A stretch of 64,000 bases of DNA from an uncultured Candidatus Saccharibacteria bacterium (GCA_964405095.1 CAYOML010000001.1:23311-87310), one strand, 5' to 3'. Counted from the first letter of the stretch, positions 27,527-37,454 are shown. The notes: a model not told the origin generated them from the letters alone. Numbers and translations: made by a program.

Positions 27527-29050
27527 TTACCCCTCGTAAGCCTTAGCGAGTTTAGCTGCTGTATCCATAATTAGCTTGCTGGTGGCTTCGCTAGGTTTGT
27601 CGCCCTTGTTTAATTCTTCCATGTCTTTAATGTGATCGGCTTGTAACTCGGCGAGCATCGATGCGGTTACGTCGTGTAGTTTAGCAACTGGCACGGCATC
27701 AAACGCACCTTGGGTAGCCGACATAAGCAAAGCGACTTCTTGCCAGACACTCATTGGTTTGTACTGTGGCTGCTTGAGCAGCTCGGTCAGACGCTGCCCG
27801 CGATTAATGCGCTTCTTGGTCTCGTCGTCGAGATCGGTACTAAACTGTGTAAAGGCGGCCAGTTCGCGGAACTGAGCCAGGTCTAGTTTAAGACCACCAC
27901 TAACACTTTTTAGTGCTTTGGTTTGCGCCGCGCCACCAACACGACTAACCGATAGACCAACCGAAATCGCCGGGCGAATGCCCTGATAGAACAAGTTGGT
28001 TTCCAGGAAAATCTGTCCGTCGGTGATACTAATGACGTTGGTTGGAATGTAGGCGCTAATATCGCCGGCTTGGGTTTCGATAATTGGCAGAGCAGTTAAG
28101 CTGCCGCCGCCAAGTTTGTCATTGAGTTTGGCCGCACGTTCCAACAAACGAGAGTGAAGATAGAAAACGTCACCAGGATATGCCTCGCGGCCGGGTGGAC
28201 GGCGAAGTAGCAATGACATCTGGCGGTAGGCGGCAGCGTGTTTACTAAGATCATCATAAATTACTAGAGCATGTTGCTTGTTGTCGCGGAAATATTCAGC
28301 AATGGCCGTGCCGGCATATGGTGCCAAATAGAGCAGAGAAGCCGGGTCGGCAGCGCTAGTAGCCACCACAATGGTCTGTTCCATAACGCCTTCTTCTTTG
28401 AGGCGCTCCACTAAACGACTAATCTTGCTAAGCTTTTGGCCAACGGCCACATAAACGTTAATGACACCGGTTTTTTGGCGACCTTGGTTAAGCATAGTGT
28501 CGACGGCAATGGCCGTTTTACCTGTTTGGCGGTCGCCAATGATTAACTCGCGCTGGCCAAGACCAATGGCCGTCAAGGCGTCAATGGCCATAATACCTGT
28601 GGCCAGAGGTTGGTGTACTGACTTGCGGTCGATAACACCTGGTGCGTTGCGCTCTACCGAGCCGCGCTCAGTGGTTTTAAGCGGCCCCTTGCCATCTAGC
28701 GGGCGCCCCAGCGGGTCGACGACACGGCCTAGCATTTCTTTGCCAACCGGCATGGTTAACACCGAGCCACTTAATTTAACGCGGGCGCCGGCGCGTACCT
28801 GGCTGTCATCACCGAGCAGTACGGCGCCGATTTCGTCTTCCATAAGGTTAAGAGCAAAGGCCTCGACTGGCTTGCCGTCGATACCGTCGATTTCGAGCAC
28901 CTCGTTAAAACCACAGTTATTTAGGCCGTAAATCCAGGCCACACCGTCACCGATACGCGTGACAATGCCAACTTCTTCGAGACCCTGACCGCTATGCAAC
29001 TGCTCGATAGCGGCCTTTAGCTCGCTGGATAAATCTTTGACTGTACTCAC
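27527..29050 (-). CDS. atpA: F0F1 ATP synthase subunit alpha
   Basis: GDRQTGKT P-loop, 507 aa. Confidence 0.95.
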   Translation of the reverse strand: MSTVKDLSSELKAAIEQLHSGQGLEEVGIVTRIGDGVAWIYGLNNCGFNEVLEIDGIDGKPVEAFALNLMEDEIGAVLLGDDSQVRAGARVKLSGSVLTMPVGKEMLGRVVDPLGRPLDGKGPLKTTERGSVERNAPGVIDRKSVHQPLATGIMAIDALTAIGLGQRELIIGDRQTGKTAIAVDTMLNQGRQKTGVINVYVAVGQKLSKISRLVERLKEEGVMEQTIVVATSAADPASLLYLAPYAGTAIAEYFRDNKQHALVIYDDLSKHAAAYRQMSLLLRRPPGREAYPGDVFYLHSRLLERAAKLNDKLGGGSLTALPIIETQAGDISAYIPTNVISITDGQIFLETNLFYQGIRPAISVGLSVSRVGGAAQTKALKSVSGGLKLDLAQFRELAAFTQFSTDLDDETKKRINRGQRLTELLKQPQYKPMSVWQEVALLMSATQGAFDAVPVAKLHDVTASMLAELQADHIKDMEELNKGDKPSEATSKLIMDTAAKLAKAYEG

Positions 29051-29451
29051 AATATTGTTCCTCCAAGGCTAATCTGTTTAAGCTGGCTTTTGGCACTAAG
29101 ATCAAGTTCCTGGCGCGACGTTCGGACCACCACACCACCTAACAGGTCTGAGTTGGCCTGTAACTCCAGTTCGACACTGGCTGCGCCGGTAGCGGCTTTC
29201 AGTAAGTCGGTGATGGCATCTTTAGTATTGACTGATAGGTCGAAAACGTAGTCAACCGTTGCGTCGAGCTGACCGCGTTGCAGGTAAAGTTCGTCGGCAA
29301 TGTCTTTCATTAACAAGTCTTGCTGATTAACAAGTTTGTTGGTAATCATGTAACCAGCTAGTTGCCGCACAATTTCACTGCTTTGACTTGGCTGTTCACC
29401 AAGCAAACGCACAACTTCACGAGCTAAACGGCGTCGACTGAGTTTAGCCAT
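29047..29451 (-). CDS. atpH: F0F1 ATP synthase subunit delta
   Basis: operon position between atpF and atpA; about 134 aa (short). Confidence 0.7.
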   Translation of the reverse strand: MAKLSRRRLAREVVRLLGEQPSQSSEIVRQLAGYMITNKLVNQQDLLMKDIADELYLQRGQLDATVDYVFDLSVNTKDAITDLLKAATGAASVELELQANSDLLGGVVVRTSRQELDLSAKSQLKQISLGGTIL

Positions 29452-29992
29452 TGAGTCGTTCCTTGGCGTTTTTGACGGCAGAATTAATCAGCGCCGAGTC
29501 TTTAGTGGCATCAAGTTTTTCACCAATAATGCGTTCTGTAGCCAGGGCCACAAGTTTGGCGGTTTCATCCTTAAGGGCATTGCGGGCTTTGCCAAGTTCT
29601 ATATCCATTTGGGCTTTGGCCTCAACTACAATATGCTCGGCACGTTTTGTAGCCTTGTTCTCGGCCTCTTGCAACATTTGCCCAGCTTCTTTATGGCTGG
29701 CAGCCACGACCTCGTCGGCTTGGGCACGAGCTTCGGTCAGTATGCCAGAAATGGTTTGTTCAGTTTTTTTGAGCTTAGCCTCGATTTCGGCGGCCTGTTG
29801 GATGCTATCTTCGACAGTTTTGCGCCGCGCCTCTAAAGTATCCACTAATTTACCGAAGGCGAATTTGCGCAAAATAAGCAGCACGATAACAAAACTAAGT
29901 AACTGAAATAAAAACGCCGGGATATTAAAGCCCAGAGCGGCAATGCCGCTGGGGGCCTCTTCGGCTGCAAATTGAGCAAGCGGTAGAATCAC
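29444..29992 (-). CDS. atpF: F0F1 ATP synthase subunit b
   Basis: single N-terminal TM then a long charged helix; start moved to GTG at 29992 (SD AAGGAA just after the atpE stop) rather than the track's overlapping 30022. Confidence 0.75.
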   Translation of the reverse strand: MILPLAQFAAEEAPSGIAALGFNIPAFLFQLLSFVIVLLILRKFAFGKLVDTLEARRKTVEDSIQQAAEIEAKLKKTEQTISGILTEARAQADEVVAASHKEAGQMLQEAENKATKRAEHIVVEAKAQMDIELGKARNALKDETAKLVALATERIIGEKLDATKDSALINSAVKNAKERLNG

Positions 29993-30002
29993 TGTGCGTT
30001 CC

Positions 30003-30221
30003 TTAACCTGTGGTGAACACAATCAGTAATACGAATGCGAGTACTGCGTCGACCAAGCCAGCCATAATGAAAGCAGCTGACAATACTTTACCCTGTACTT
30101 CTGGGTTACGACCGATCGACTTAACAGCCGATGCACCAATTAAACCAACACCAATAGCTGGCCCAATTGCGCCAAAACCTATGGCGAGTCCTTTTACTAA
30201 TGCGGGGTCTATATGTTCCAT
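30003..30221 (-). CDS. atpE: F0F1 ATP synthase subunit c
   Basis: 72 aa two-helix hairpin with the conserved carboxylate in AGLVDAVLAF. Confidence 0.9.
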   Translation of the reverse strand: MEHIDPALVKGLAIGFGAIGPAIGVGLIGASAVKSIGRNPEVQGKVLSAAFIMAGLVDAVLAFVLLIVFTTG

Positions 30222-30241
30222 CTCTTTATCTCCTTACTTTC

Positions 30242-31117
30242 TTATTTAACAACATCCGCGGCTGGTTTTAGACCTGTCGTAGGACGCTCCTTTGATTCCT
30301 CGTGCATCGGGCCGGTATCCGCATCGTCATTATGCGCGGTTGCGATACTAAGGTAAACCGTCGTGAGCATCATAAATAGGTAGGCCTGAATCAGGCTAAA
30401 GAAAATCTCGAGCAAATAGATAGGTAGCGTTGCAGCCCAGCCAAAGTTACCGGCAAGCTGATTTATAGTATGCAGCAGCACTTCACCGGCATAAATAACG
30501 CCAAATAAACGCAGGCTAAGCGTCATTATGCGGATAAATTCGCCAAGTACTTCGTTGATACCAATAAAAAAGTTCATTGGCTTCCAAGGCTGATTGGTAA
30601 AGTAATGTTTTAGATGTCCGATAAAACCAAGCTCTTTGAGAGCGTAGAACTGCACCGTACCAATTGTTAGGATCGCAAGAGCCAGCGTACCGTTAAGATC
30701 GGTAGTAAAAGCACGCAGGATTGGAAAATCTCCCTGAGGAGTGTGGGTATAAAGAGCGCTGACCCCTGGGATTAAACCCGATAGGTTTGCAATCAAAATA
30801 AAGCTAAATAGGGTAAGTAAAAGTGGTAAGTGTTTAAGGGCTTTTTGCCGGCTGCCAAAATTATCTTGGGCAATGCCTAAGAAAAATTCGACCACTGTTT
30901 CGATTGTAAAAGTAAACAAAGATTTTGGCCTGAGTTGTGTACGACGGACCGCGAACATAAAGATTGCAATCACGGCAATTCCCGTAAGAACACCGTAAAG
31001 CATGGAGTTGGTAACAGCGAACCCCCCAACATGAAAAATAGGCTCCGCAGCCAGTGGTATGTCGGTTCCTGCCGCAAATATACTAAGCACTGCCGGCCCC
31101 CAAGCCGCTTCCAGCAA
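30242..31117 (-). CDS. atpB: F0F1 ATP synthase subunit a
   Basis: polytopic membrane protein carrying the conserved Arg in ...LSLRLFGVIYAGE... Confidence 0.85.
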   Translation of the reverse strand: MLEAAWGPAVLSIFAAGTDIPLAAEPIFHVGGFAVTNSMLYGVLTGIAVIAIFMFAVRRTQLRPKSLFTFTIETVVEFFLGIAQDNFGSRQKALKHLPLLLTLFSFILIANLSGLIPGVSALYTHTPQGDFPILRAFTTDLNGTLALAILTIGTVQFYALKELGFIGHLKHYFTNQPWKPMNFFIGINEVLGEFIRIMTLSLRLFGVIYAGEVLLHTINQLAGNFGWAATLPIYLLEIFFSLIQAYLFMMLTTVYLSIATAHNDDADTGPMHEESKERPTTGLKPAADVVK

Positions 31118-31254
31118 TACCCAGTTTTATAATCTGCGTTTTCATTCTTAGTGGCAGTATATCAACTCTAGTCCAATCAGCCAACCCCTTAATACATAAC
31201 CTTCGATTTTGTGTTTTAAAATCTATATGATATTTTATAGGCAAGGAGGAAAGC

Positions 31255-31284
31255 ATGAGCCAAAACGACGTAATCTGGACCTAG
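31255..31284 (+). other. 9-codon mini-ORF (MSQNDVIWT) with strong SD AAGGAGG, followed by two hairpins (31301-31332 with T-run; 31341-31365); candidate leader peptide / attenuator or small RNA
   Basis: SD 6 nt upstream of the ATG; hairpin aacatcg-N13-cgatgtt then gttttt; second hairpin aaagacacc-N7-ggtgtcttt. Confidence 0.3.
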
Positions 31285-31442
31285 TATTTCAGCTACAAAT
31301 AACATCGTGCTCGTATTGAGCGATGTTGTTTTTCGCTGGCTAAAGACACCCTTTTGTGGTGTCTTTGTTTGTCAGCGAACAACACTCGACCAGATAACCA
31401 CCGCACTTATATTTAACTTCGATTGACTGCTATAATAACAAC

Positions 31443-31709
31443 ATGGATCAACCAGACACCGCTGCCAGTAAACCAACTCTACCAATAACAATTTATAGCA
31501 GCCCAACCTGCGGTTTTTGCTACATGGTCAAAGATTATCTGAAGGACAAAGGCTACAAGTTTACCGAAAAAGATATCAGTACGGACCAAGAAGCCCTGCG
31601 TTTTGTACTCGAAAAAGTTGGTCAGGCAGTTACGCCAATTATTACCATTGGCGACAAAATTATCGTAGGTTTTGACCGACCACGTATCGACGAAGCTCTA
31701 ACTCAATAA
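31443..31709 (+). CDS. glutaredoxin-like / NrdH-like thioredoxin-fold protein
   Basis: CxxC active site TCGFC near the N-terminus, 88 aa; extended -10 TGcTATAAT at 31428-31436 places the TSS at the ATG (leaderless). Confidence 0.7.
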   Translation: MDQPDTAASKPTLPITIYSSPTCGFCYMVKDYLKDKGYKFTEKDISTDQEALRFVLEKVGQAVTPIITIGDKIIVGFDRPRIDEALTQ

Positions 31710-31727
31710 TTATAGATTCAACTTTAA

Positions 31728-31755
31728 TTGACAATGTTACTATAAGTGGTATAGT
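31728..31755 (+). promoter_or_regulatory. canonical promoter TTGACA - 16 nt - TATAGT upstream of the small GC-rich ORF
   Basis: -35 at 31728-31733, -10 at 31750-31755. Confidence 0.45.
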
Positions 31756-31791
31756 TTATCTGTCCGCAAGGATCCGAGACAAGGAGGAACA

Positions 31792-31965
31792 GTGGCAAAC
31801 AACGACCCCGATGCGATCAAGGCCGCTATCGCTGCCGCCCAGGCCGAAGCTGATCGACGCAACGGCATCCCCGGTGCCCGGCTCAGCTTCCAGCACTTCC
31901 TAGCGGAGGTGCGGGTGGATGTCGAGAATGGTGTTGTCACACGGGTGAACGGCGAGCCCGTTTAA
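31792..31965 (+). CDS. small (57 aa) high-GC hypothetical protein, GTG start with perfect SD AAGGAGG
   Basis: VANNDPDAIKAAIAAAQAEADRRNGIPGARLSFQHFLAEVRVDVENGVVTRVNGEPV; about 62% GC against about 50% locally; absent from the ORF track (under 60 aa); the minus-strand track ORFs 31740..31940 and 31962..32228 are rejected. Confidence 0.4.
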   Translation: MANNDPDAIKAAIAAAQAEADRRNGIPGARLSFQHFLAEVRVDVENGVVTRVNGEPV

Positions 31966-32051
31966 CCTTTCCGGCTGCGCAGGCGGGGCCCATCTAGACG
32001 ATGGCTCCGCCTGTCGCGCAACCTACGTCGCGTGATAATCTTATATACACA

Positions 32052-32621
32052 ATGAGTTTTGAGGGGTACCAAACCAAAGATAGTGTGGTCGTGGTCTACA
32101 CTGGCCTCGGCAAGGGTAAAACCAGCGCCAGCCTGGGGTTGGTGTGCCGTGCGCTTGGCCGCGGTTGGCGAGTGGCTTACGTGCAATTTATTAAGCACTG
32201 GGAAGTCGGCGAGCATACATTTATTCACAAAATCGAACCGTTATTTAAAAGCCACTTGACCTTCTATAAAGGCGGTAAGGGCTTTTTTAATGCCGGTGAA
32301 ATTAGCGCTAAAAATGTCAGCGCCGATGAGCACCAAATAGCGGCGGAACAGACATATCAATTTGCATTAAAAGCAGCTAAAAGCGGCAAATACAACTTAG
32401 TTGTTTGCGACGAGATCAACAACGCCGTCCATGACGGATTACTCGAAGAAAACCAGCTTAAAACACTACTCGACGAGCGCAACCCCAAGACCAGCTTATG
32501 TCTGACAGGGCGAAACTTCCCAGCCAGTTTGTTAGACAAAGTCGATATTGCCACCAACATGACCAAGATAAAACACCATTACGACGACAAATTTTTAGCA
32601 AACGAAGGTATAGACTACTAA
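32052..32621 (+). CDS. corrinoid (cob(I)alamin/cob(I)yrinate) adenosyltransferase, CobA/BtuR type
   Basis: P-loop VYTGLGKGKTSA and overall CobA-like layout; the start is probably the internal Met (MSFEGYQ), not 32001. Confidence 0.75.
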   Translation: MSFEGYQTKDSVVVVYTGLGKGKTSASLGLVCRALGRGWRVAYVQFIKHWEVGEHTFIHKIEPLFKSHLTFYKGGKGFFNAGEISAKNVSADEHQIAAEQTYQFALKAAKSGKYNLVVCDEINNAVHDGLLEENQLKTLLDERNPKTSLCLTGRNFPASLLDKVDIATNMTKIKHHYDDKFLANEGIDY

Positions 32622-32622
32622 T

Positions 32623-33057
32623 ATGATCTACCGCAAGCGCCGCGAACAACTAGCTTACGATCGCATGCCAAAAACTACTGGTTGTCCGTTTTGCGAGCCG
32701 GACAACAAATTGCTCAATCCACGTCCCCGGAAAGTTTTACAAGAAACGCCTCATATGCAAGTCGTTTCCAATATGTTTCCGTATCACGTCTGGGAACATT
32801 TGGATGTCGTCGATCACTTACTCATCGTACCCAAGCGCCATATAAGTAGTATGGCTGATTTAACGCCGTCTGAGCGCAAAGACATGATCAACATCTTCTG
32901 TGAGTACGAAGCAGAGGGTTACAGCAACTACACCCGTGCCCCCCAGGCAGTGTCACGCTCACTGCCACATATCCATACCCACTTAATCAAATCTGGCACG
33001 AAAAAACCGCGCTTTTCGCTCGTCATGCGTAAACCATATATTTTGATTAAGTTTTAA
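32623..33057 (+). CDS. HIT (histidine triad) family protein
   Basis: HIHTHLI histidine-triad motif near the C-terminus. Confidence 0.75.
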   Translation: MIYRKRREQLAYDRMPKTTGCPFCEPDNKLLNPRPRKVLQETPHMQVVSNMFPYHVWEHLDVVDHLLIVPKRHISSMADLTPSERKDMINIFCEYEAEGYSNYTRAPQAVSRSLPHIHTHLIKSGTKKPRFSLVMRKPYILIKF

Positions 33058-33255
33058 TTCGCATGATTTTGCTAGAATGGTGTGGGGAGTATAAGTGCTT
33101 CGGTGCTCGTACTCTCCACCACCAAAACTTATCATTAAAAGGAAGATTGTAAAGTGGCCCTTATATGATGGCCCCATTTGCGGCGTGCATATCATTCATA
33201 CATAGCCAGCGCTAAGAAGTAGCCGGACTCAGCCAAAATCTGTTAGCATAACTGC

Positions 33256-33840
33256 ATGACGCGAGGACGTGCGATAGTTATTGGCCTGTTGTTGATTGCC
33301 TGCATAATTGCCTTAGCTGTGGTGGCTTACCCACGAATTAGCGTTAATTTTAGCAAGCTCTTCCCAGCTAGCAAAATACTGCCAGGCTTCTATCATGTAG
33401 CCCAATTCTACGACGGCGACACTTTTGCCGTTGATATGAACGGCACAACCGAGAAAATCCGCCTAATCGGAGTTGACACCCCCGAAACCCATAAGCCAGA
33501 TACGCCCGTACAATGCTATGGCCCCGAAGCCAGTACTTTTACCGAACGCACTCTCAAAGCCGCAGACAACAGTGTACGGCTAGAGGCTGACCCGCTAGGG
33601 GATAATCGTGATCGTTACGGACGCCTGTTACGATACGCTTACTTACCCGACGGCACCTTGCTTGAACAGTCACTCATTGAAGGCGGTTATGGTTTTGCCT
33701 ACCTGAGTTTCTCTTTCAAGCAAAAGACCGAGTTTGCCACTTTTCAGGCCACAGCCCAGGCCGCCTATCGCGGATTATGGACCTTTTGCAAGCCGACGCT
33801 AATTAATGGCCGATGGCAAAGCAACAATGTGTCGAGCTAG
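33256..33840 (+). CDS. membrane-anchored thermonuclease (SNase / micrococcal nuclease-like)
   Basis: N-terminal TM; YDGDTF...RLIGVDTPE and YGR...R motifs of the SNase fold. Confidence 0.8.
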   Translation: MTRGRAIVIGLLLIACIIALAVVAYPRISVNFSKLFPASKILPGFYHVAQFYDGDTFAVDMNGTTEKIRLIGVDTPETHKPDTPVQCYGPEASTFTERTLKAADNSVRLEADPLGDNRDRYGRLLRYAYLPDGTLLEQSLIEGGYGFAYLSFSFKQKTEFATFQATAQAAYRGLWTFCKPTLINGRWQSNNVSS

Positions 33841-35099
33841 CGGCTCCTAATAATTGACTCATAAAGTTCAATCACTTTTTTACATTGCTGGGCCTCGGAG
33901 AATTCGGCCGCAAAACGACGGCTGGAAGCACCCATCGAGGCCTGGAGTTTGGGATCATCGAGAATCTGACGGATTTTTTCGGCCATATCTATCGGGTCGT
34001 TAGCGGCAAAGAATCCATTTTGGCCATCGTGGACAACTTCGGTCACAGGCTTATCTATCATAACGATTGGTAGGCCAGCCCGGGCCGCTTCGTGAACCGC
34101 CAAGGACTGGGTATCAGTTAGCGACGGAAAGGCGAAAACTTTGGCAACTGCGTAGGCAACCGCTAATTTTTCTCGTGGGACACGCCCAACAAACATAATT
34201 CGGGCTGCTGCCGGCGAGGCTTTGGCTTTGGCTTCCAATTTCTTACGATAATCAAAGTCGCCCACAAACATCAGCCTGGCGTTTGGGCGCCACTTAATGA
34301 GTTCGCTTATCATATCAATGAGCATGTCAAGGTTTTTCTCGACGCCAATTCGGCCGACATACTGTACAATCTCGTCTTTAGCTTGGATACCCCAACGTTT
34401 TTTAAATGCCGCGATGTCTGCCTGCGAAACATGCGGAAGGTCGTCAACCCCGGTAGGAATATTATAGATTGGATACTGACTATCACTGTCTTGCCAACTT
34501 TTCAGCTGATCAGCGCTTTTACGTGAATGGACGATGACTGCCTTGCAATGTTCATGCAAAACGTTAAGGTTATTTCTTATCATCCCCTGATTCCAAGCCC
34601 CCACCGTACGCCGTGGCCGCCAGGCACGCAGAATCTCTTTTAATTCATTGCGCGAGGCCTTGAAAGTAAATGGCAGAGCTACCCCTAGTGCCAGAATAGT
34701 CGGAAATGATAGGGGATAGCGATCGACATATTCAAACAAGTCGGTACAATATTCGGCAACTACCGGTAGTTTTAGTTTGTGAGCAACATAAACACCCATT
34801 AAACCAACTGGCCCGGGGGTTAAAAAATGAATTATATCGAAGTTCATCTTTTTAACTTTTTTGACCATAGAAGGCGGAAAAATCAGTGCGACATTAAAAT
34901 CTTTGTACGGAAAGCGTTGGATCGACGGGAAGCGAACAATGTGATCGTCGTCTTGCTTCTTAACCCGCAAGCTGTCGGCCGGGGCAAAGATGTAGACTTC
35001 GTGGCCTAAAGCCTCAAAACCACGCCGTAAAATTTCGGTTACATATACAATCCCGTTAACTTGCGGACGATAACTGTCGGTAAACAGGGCAATGCGCAT
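33837..35099 (-). CDS. glycosyltransferase family 4 (GT-B fold)
   Basis: C-terminal EAARAGLPIV block and E-x7-E style motif; 420 aa. Confidence 0.8.
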   Translation of the reverse strand: MRIALFTDSYRPQVNGIVYVTEILRRGFEALGHEVYIFAPADSLRVKKQDDDHIVRFPSIQRFPYKDFNVALIFPPSMVKKVKKMNFDIIHFLTPGPVGLMGVYVAHKLKLPVVAEYCTDLFEYVDRYPLSFPTILALGVALPFTFKASRNELKEILRAWRPRRTVGAWNQGMIRNNLNVLHEHCKAVIVHSRKSADQLKSWQDSDSQYPIYNIPTGVDDLPHVSQADIAAFKKRWGIQAKDEIVQYVGRIGVEKNLDMLIDMISELIKWRPNARLMFVGDFDYRKKLEAKAKASPAAARIMFVGRVPREKLAVAYAVAKVFAFPSLTDTQSLAVHEAARAGLPIVMIDKPVTEVVHDGQNGFFAANDPIDMAEKIRQILDDPKLQASMGASSRRFAAEFSEAQQCKKVIELYESIIRSR

Positions 35100-35139
35100 A
35101 TTGAGCTAAGTATAGCAAGCGTGTACACTAGTCACCAGA

Positions 35140-36246
35140 GTGGCAAAAAAGACAAACACTAAAAAAATCTCCTTGCACCGGCGCTTGTTGCAGCGTTTAC
35201 GCTCGCGGCATTTTATGCCTATGTATGAATTCTGGCTCGAACACCGCTGGTGGCGTTGGACAGCGCGTATTATGCTGGTGTTAGCCGGCTTTACATTCAC
35301 TGCTCTTCTTTTTAACGTTTTTGTGTTCACGCCAATAAAGGATCCTGACTATGGGGTCAGTTTTTCGCAAAAACGATCCGAGGAGTTGGGGCTTAACTGG
35401 CACCAAAATTTCACTGCTTTACTCGACGACTTACAAATTAAACGCTACCGGCTAATGAGTTACTGGGATCTCATCGAGGCCAATCGCGGGACCTTTGATT
35501 TTAAGGATTTGGACTGGCAGATGGATCAAGCCGCAGCACACGGCGCCAAAGTTTCACTCTCGATTGGTGTGCGTGTCCCGCGCTGGCCGGAATGTCACGA
35601 GCCTGGTTGGGCTAAACAGATGGGTGGCCACAGCTGGAAACAGGCCCTGTACGCCTATATGCAAGTGGTGGTTGATCGATACAAACATCATCCAGCTTTA
35701 GATACATGGCAGCTGGAAAATGAAGGCCTAAATACCTGGTTTGGAACCTGTAGCCCACCGGATAACGAAAGACTCCACGAGGAACTAGGTTTAATGAAGC
35801 GCTGGGATCCCGATCATAAAGTTATCATGAGTCTCAGCGATCAACACACTTACCCGGTAGAGGCGCCTGTACCCGATGTTTACGGCTTTTCGGTTTATCG
35901 TATTGTTTGGAACGACAAAATTCCGCCGGCCGGTTACATTTATTACCCAACACCTATCTGGTACCACCGCCTACGAGCTTTAATCATAAATCTTGTTTGG
36001 CAGCGACCAGTTATGATCCACGAGTTGCAGATGGAGCCGTGGGGGCGAGTCGATACGCGTTTTATGAGTATCGAGGAACAAAACAAGTCGATGAGCCTTG
36101 AGCAGATTCCTAAGGTTTTCCAGTTTGCCAGACAGTTGGGCATTAAACGGATCGATTTGTGGGGCGGGGAGTGGTGGTATTGGCGTAAGGTTCATGGCGA
36201 CGGAAGTATTTGGCAGGCGGTACGGGAGCAGTTGAGTGCACCTTAG
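35140..36246 (+). CDS. membrane-anchored putative glycoside hydrolase (TIM-barrel, clan GH-A-like)
   Basis: N-terminal TM; WQLENEG candidate acid/base Glu block; aromatic-rich barrel-like sequence; family assignment uncertain. Confidence 0.45.
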   Translation: MAKKTNTKKISLHRRLLQRLRSRHFMPMYEFWLEHRWWRWTARIMLVLAGFTFTALLFNVFVFTPIKDPDYGVSFSQKRSEELGLNWHQNFTALLDDLQIKRYRLMSYWDLIEANRGTFDFKDLDWQMDQAAAHGAKVSLSIGVRVPRWPECHEPGWAKQMGGHSWKQALYAYMQVVVDRYKHHPALDTWQLENEGLNTWFGTCSPPDNERLHEELGLMKRWDPDHKVIMSLSDQHTYPVEAPVPDVYGFSVYRIVWNDKIPPAGYIYYPTPIWYHRLRALIINLVWQRPVMIHELQMEPWGRVDTRFMSIEEQNKSMSLEQIPKVFQFARQLGIKRIDLWGGEWWYWRKVHGDGSIWQAVREQLSAP

Positions 36247-36262
36247 ATATTATTGAAAGTAT

Positions 36263-36398
36263 AGGCATAGAATTCTAATACATATGGCCGGGTCCTGCCG
36301 CCCGGTCCGCCCCTAAAGATTTTTTTATGGAAATACATAAAAAAACTTTGGGGCAGCCCCGCCAGGCGTCACCCCTTGAATAATTGAATTCTATGCCT
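36263..36398. repeat. nested palindromic element, copy B
   Basis: outer IR aggcatagaattctaata / taattgaattctatgcct; middle gggtcctgccgcccggtccgcccc / ggggcagccccgccaggcgtcacccc; centre ggaaatac. Confidence 0.7.
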
Positions 36399-37428
36399 TT
36401 ATTTTCAGCACAACTCGATAGGCTTCGACAAGTTTTTGCCCGCCGGCCTTACTATCGAATCGTGCAGCCATACCGTGCGCTTTAGAAACTGCTCCGACAT
36501 AAAAATTGGCATCGCTAATTAAGTGCGATAATAATGTCACAAATGTTTCGTCGGTACCACGCACAACATCTTCACCAAATGTATCGTTGTATTCGGGTAT
36601 GTCGCGCACGACAATCGGCAGCCCGGTACCGGCGGCTTCGAGCACCGCCATCGGATGATTTTCTTGTTCAGACGGCAGAAAAAACACATCTGATACTTGT
36701 AAGTATTGCTTAACATCATCGTGCCCGATGACCCCTGTCACCAAGACGTTGGCCGGCTTGGTATCAACTAGGTGCTGTTGATTTTGGTAGTCAGCTCCCA
36801 AACGCTTAAAGGTGATGCCACCGATCCATATAAACTGGCTATTGGGCAAAGCTTTTGCGGCTTCGCAGAACAAATCGAACCGCTTGCGAGGTTGGATTTG
36901 GCCGTTGCCAACGACCACTTTTTTATCTGGTTCGATGCCGAGTTTCTTACGCGCTGCTTGCTTGTCGACAGCCAATGTGACAAACAGCGACATATCAACT
37001 GTATTGTAAAGAACGATGACAGGTTTTTTGATTTTTAGCTGTTCATGAAGAGTAGTTTCGACCATTTTAGAAACCGCGAGCAACAGATCGGCGTGTCCAT
37101 AAAACAGCCGCATGTACCATTTGGCTAGGCCATAAAAATATTTTGCACCGGCGATCGAGCCAACCAAAGAATCCGGCACGACGTGCACCGAAATGACTTT
37201 TTTGCCTGAACCGAATAACAAATGCAACAAACTATATGGGCCGAAGGTTTGTATATGAGTGATATCAGCCCGACGGCGGAATTTATTAACCACCACATCT
37301 GTGTCATCACGCGCTTGTAGCGCATTGGTCATCTCGACAAAAGCTGTGTGCACGCCGTGTGCCTGAACAGTAAATGCGCTTTCTGATACCATATTGATTT
37401 TGATTTTTTGTTGCATTAATGAGTTCAT
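36391..37428 (-). CDS. glycosyltransferase family 4 (GT-B fold)
   Basis: LEAAGTGLPIVVRD block typical of the GT4 C-terminal domain. Confidence 0.75.
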   Translation of the reverse strand: MNSLMQQKIKINMVSESAFTVQAHGVHTAFVEMTNALQARDDTDVVVNKFRRRADITHIQTFGPYSLLHLLFGSGKKVISVHVVPDSLVGSIAGAKYFYGLAKWYMRLFYGHADLLLAVSKMVETTLHEQLKIKKPVIVLYNTVDMSLFVTLAVDKQAARKKLGIEPDKKVVVGNGQIQPRKRFDLFCEAAKALPNSQFIWIGGITFKRLGADYQNQQHLVDTKPANVLVTGVIGHDDVKQYLQVSDVFFLPSEQENHPMAVLEAAGTGLPIVVRDIPEYNDTFGEDVVRGTDETFVTLLSHLISDANFYVGAVSKAHGMAARFDSKAGGQKLVEAYRVVLKIKA

Positions 37429-37454
37429 TGTAGCAAACGAGGATAATTTCAGAT

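Noticed and set aside
31760-32050. Possible cobalamin riboswitch upstream of the CobA-like gene
   Set aside because: The region is GC-rich and precedes a corrinoid adenosyltransferase, but I could not find the B12-box (GCCACTG-like) or the GGGAA / GGTGC conserved elements. The sequence has clear coding features instead.
31740-32228. Minus-strand track ORFs 31740..31940 and 31962..32228 in the GC-rich block
   Set aside because: The plus strand carries a promoter, perfect SD and GTG-initiated ORF with strong GC3 periodicity. The minus-strand ORFs are Ala/Arg/Ser-rich artefacts of high GC.
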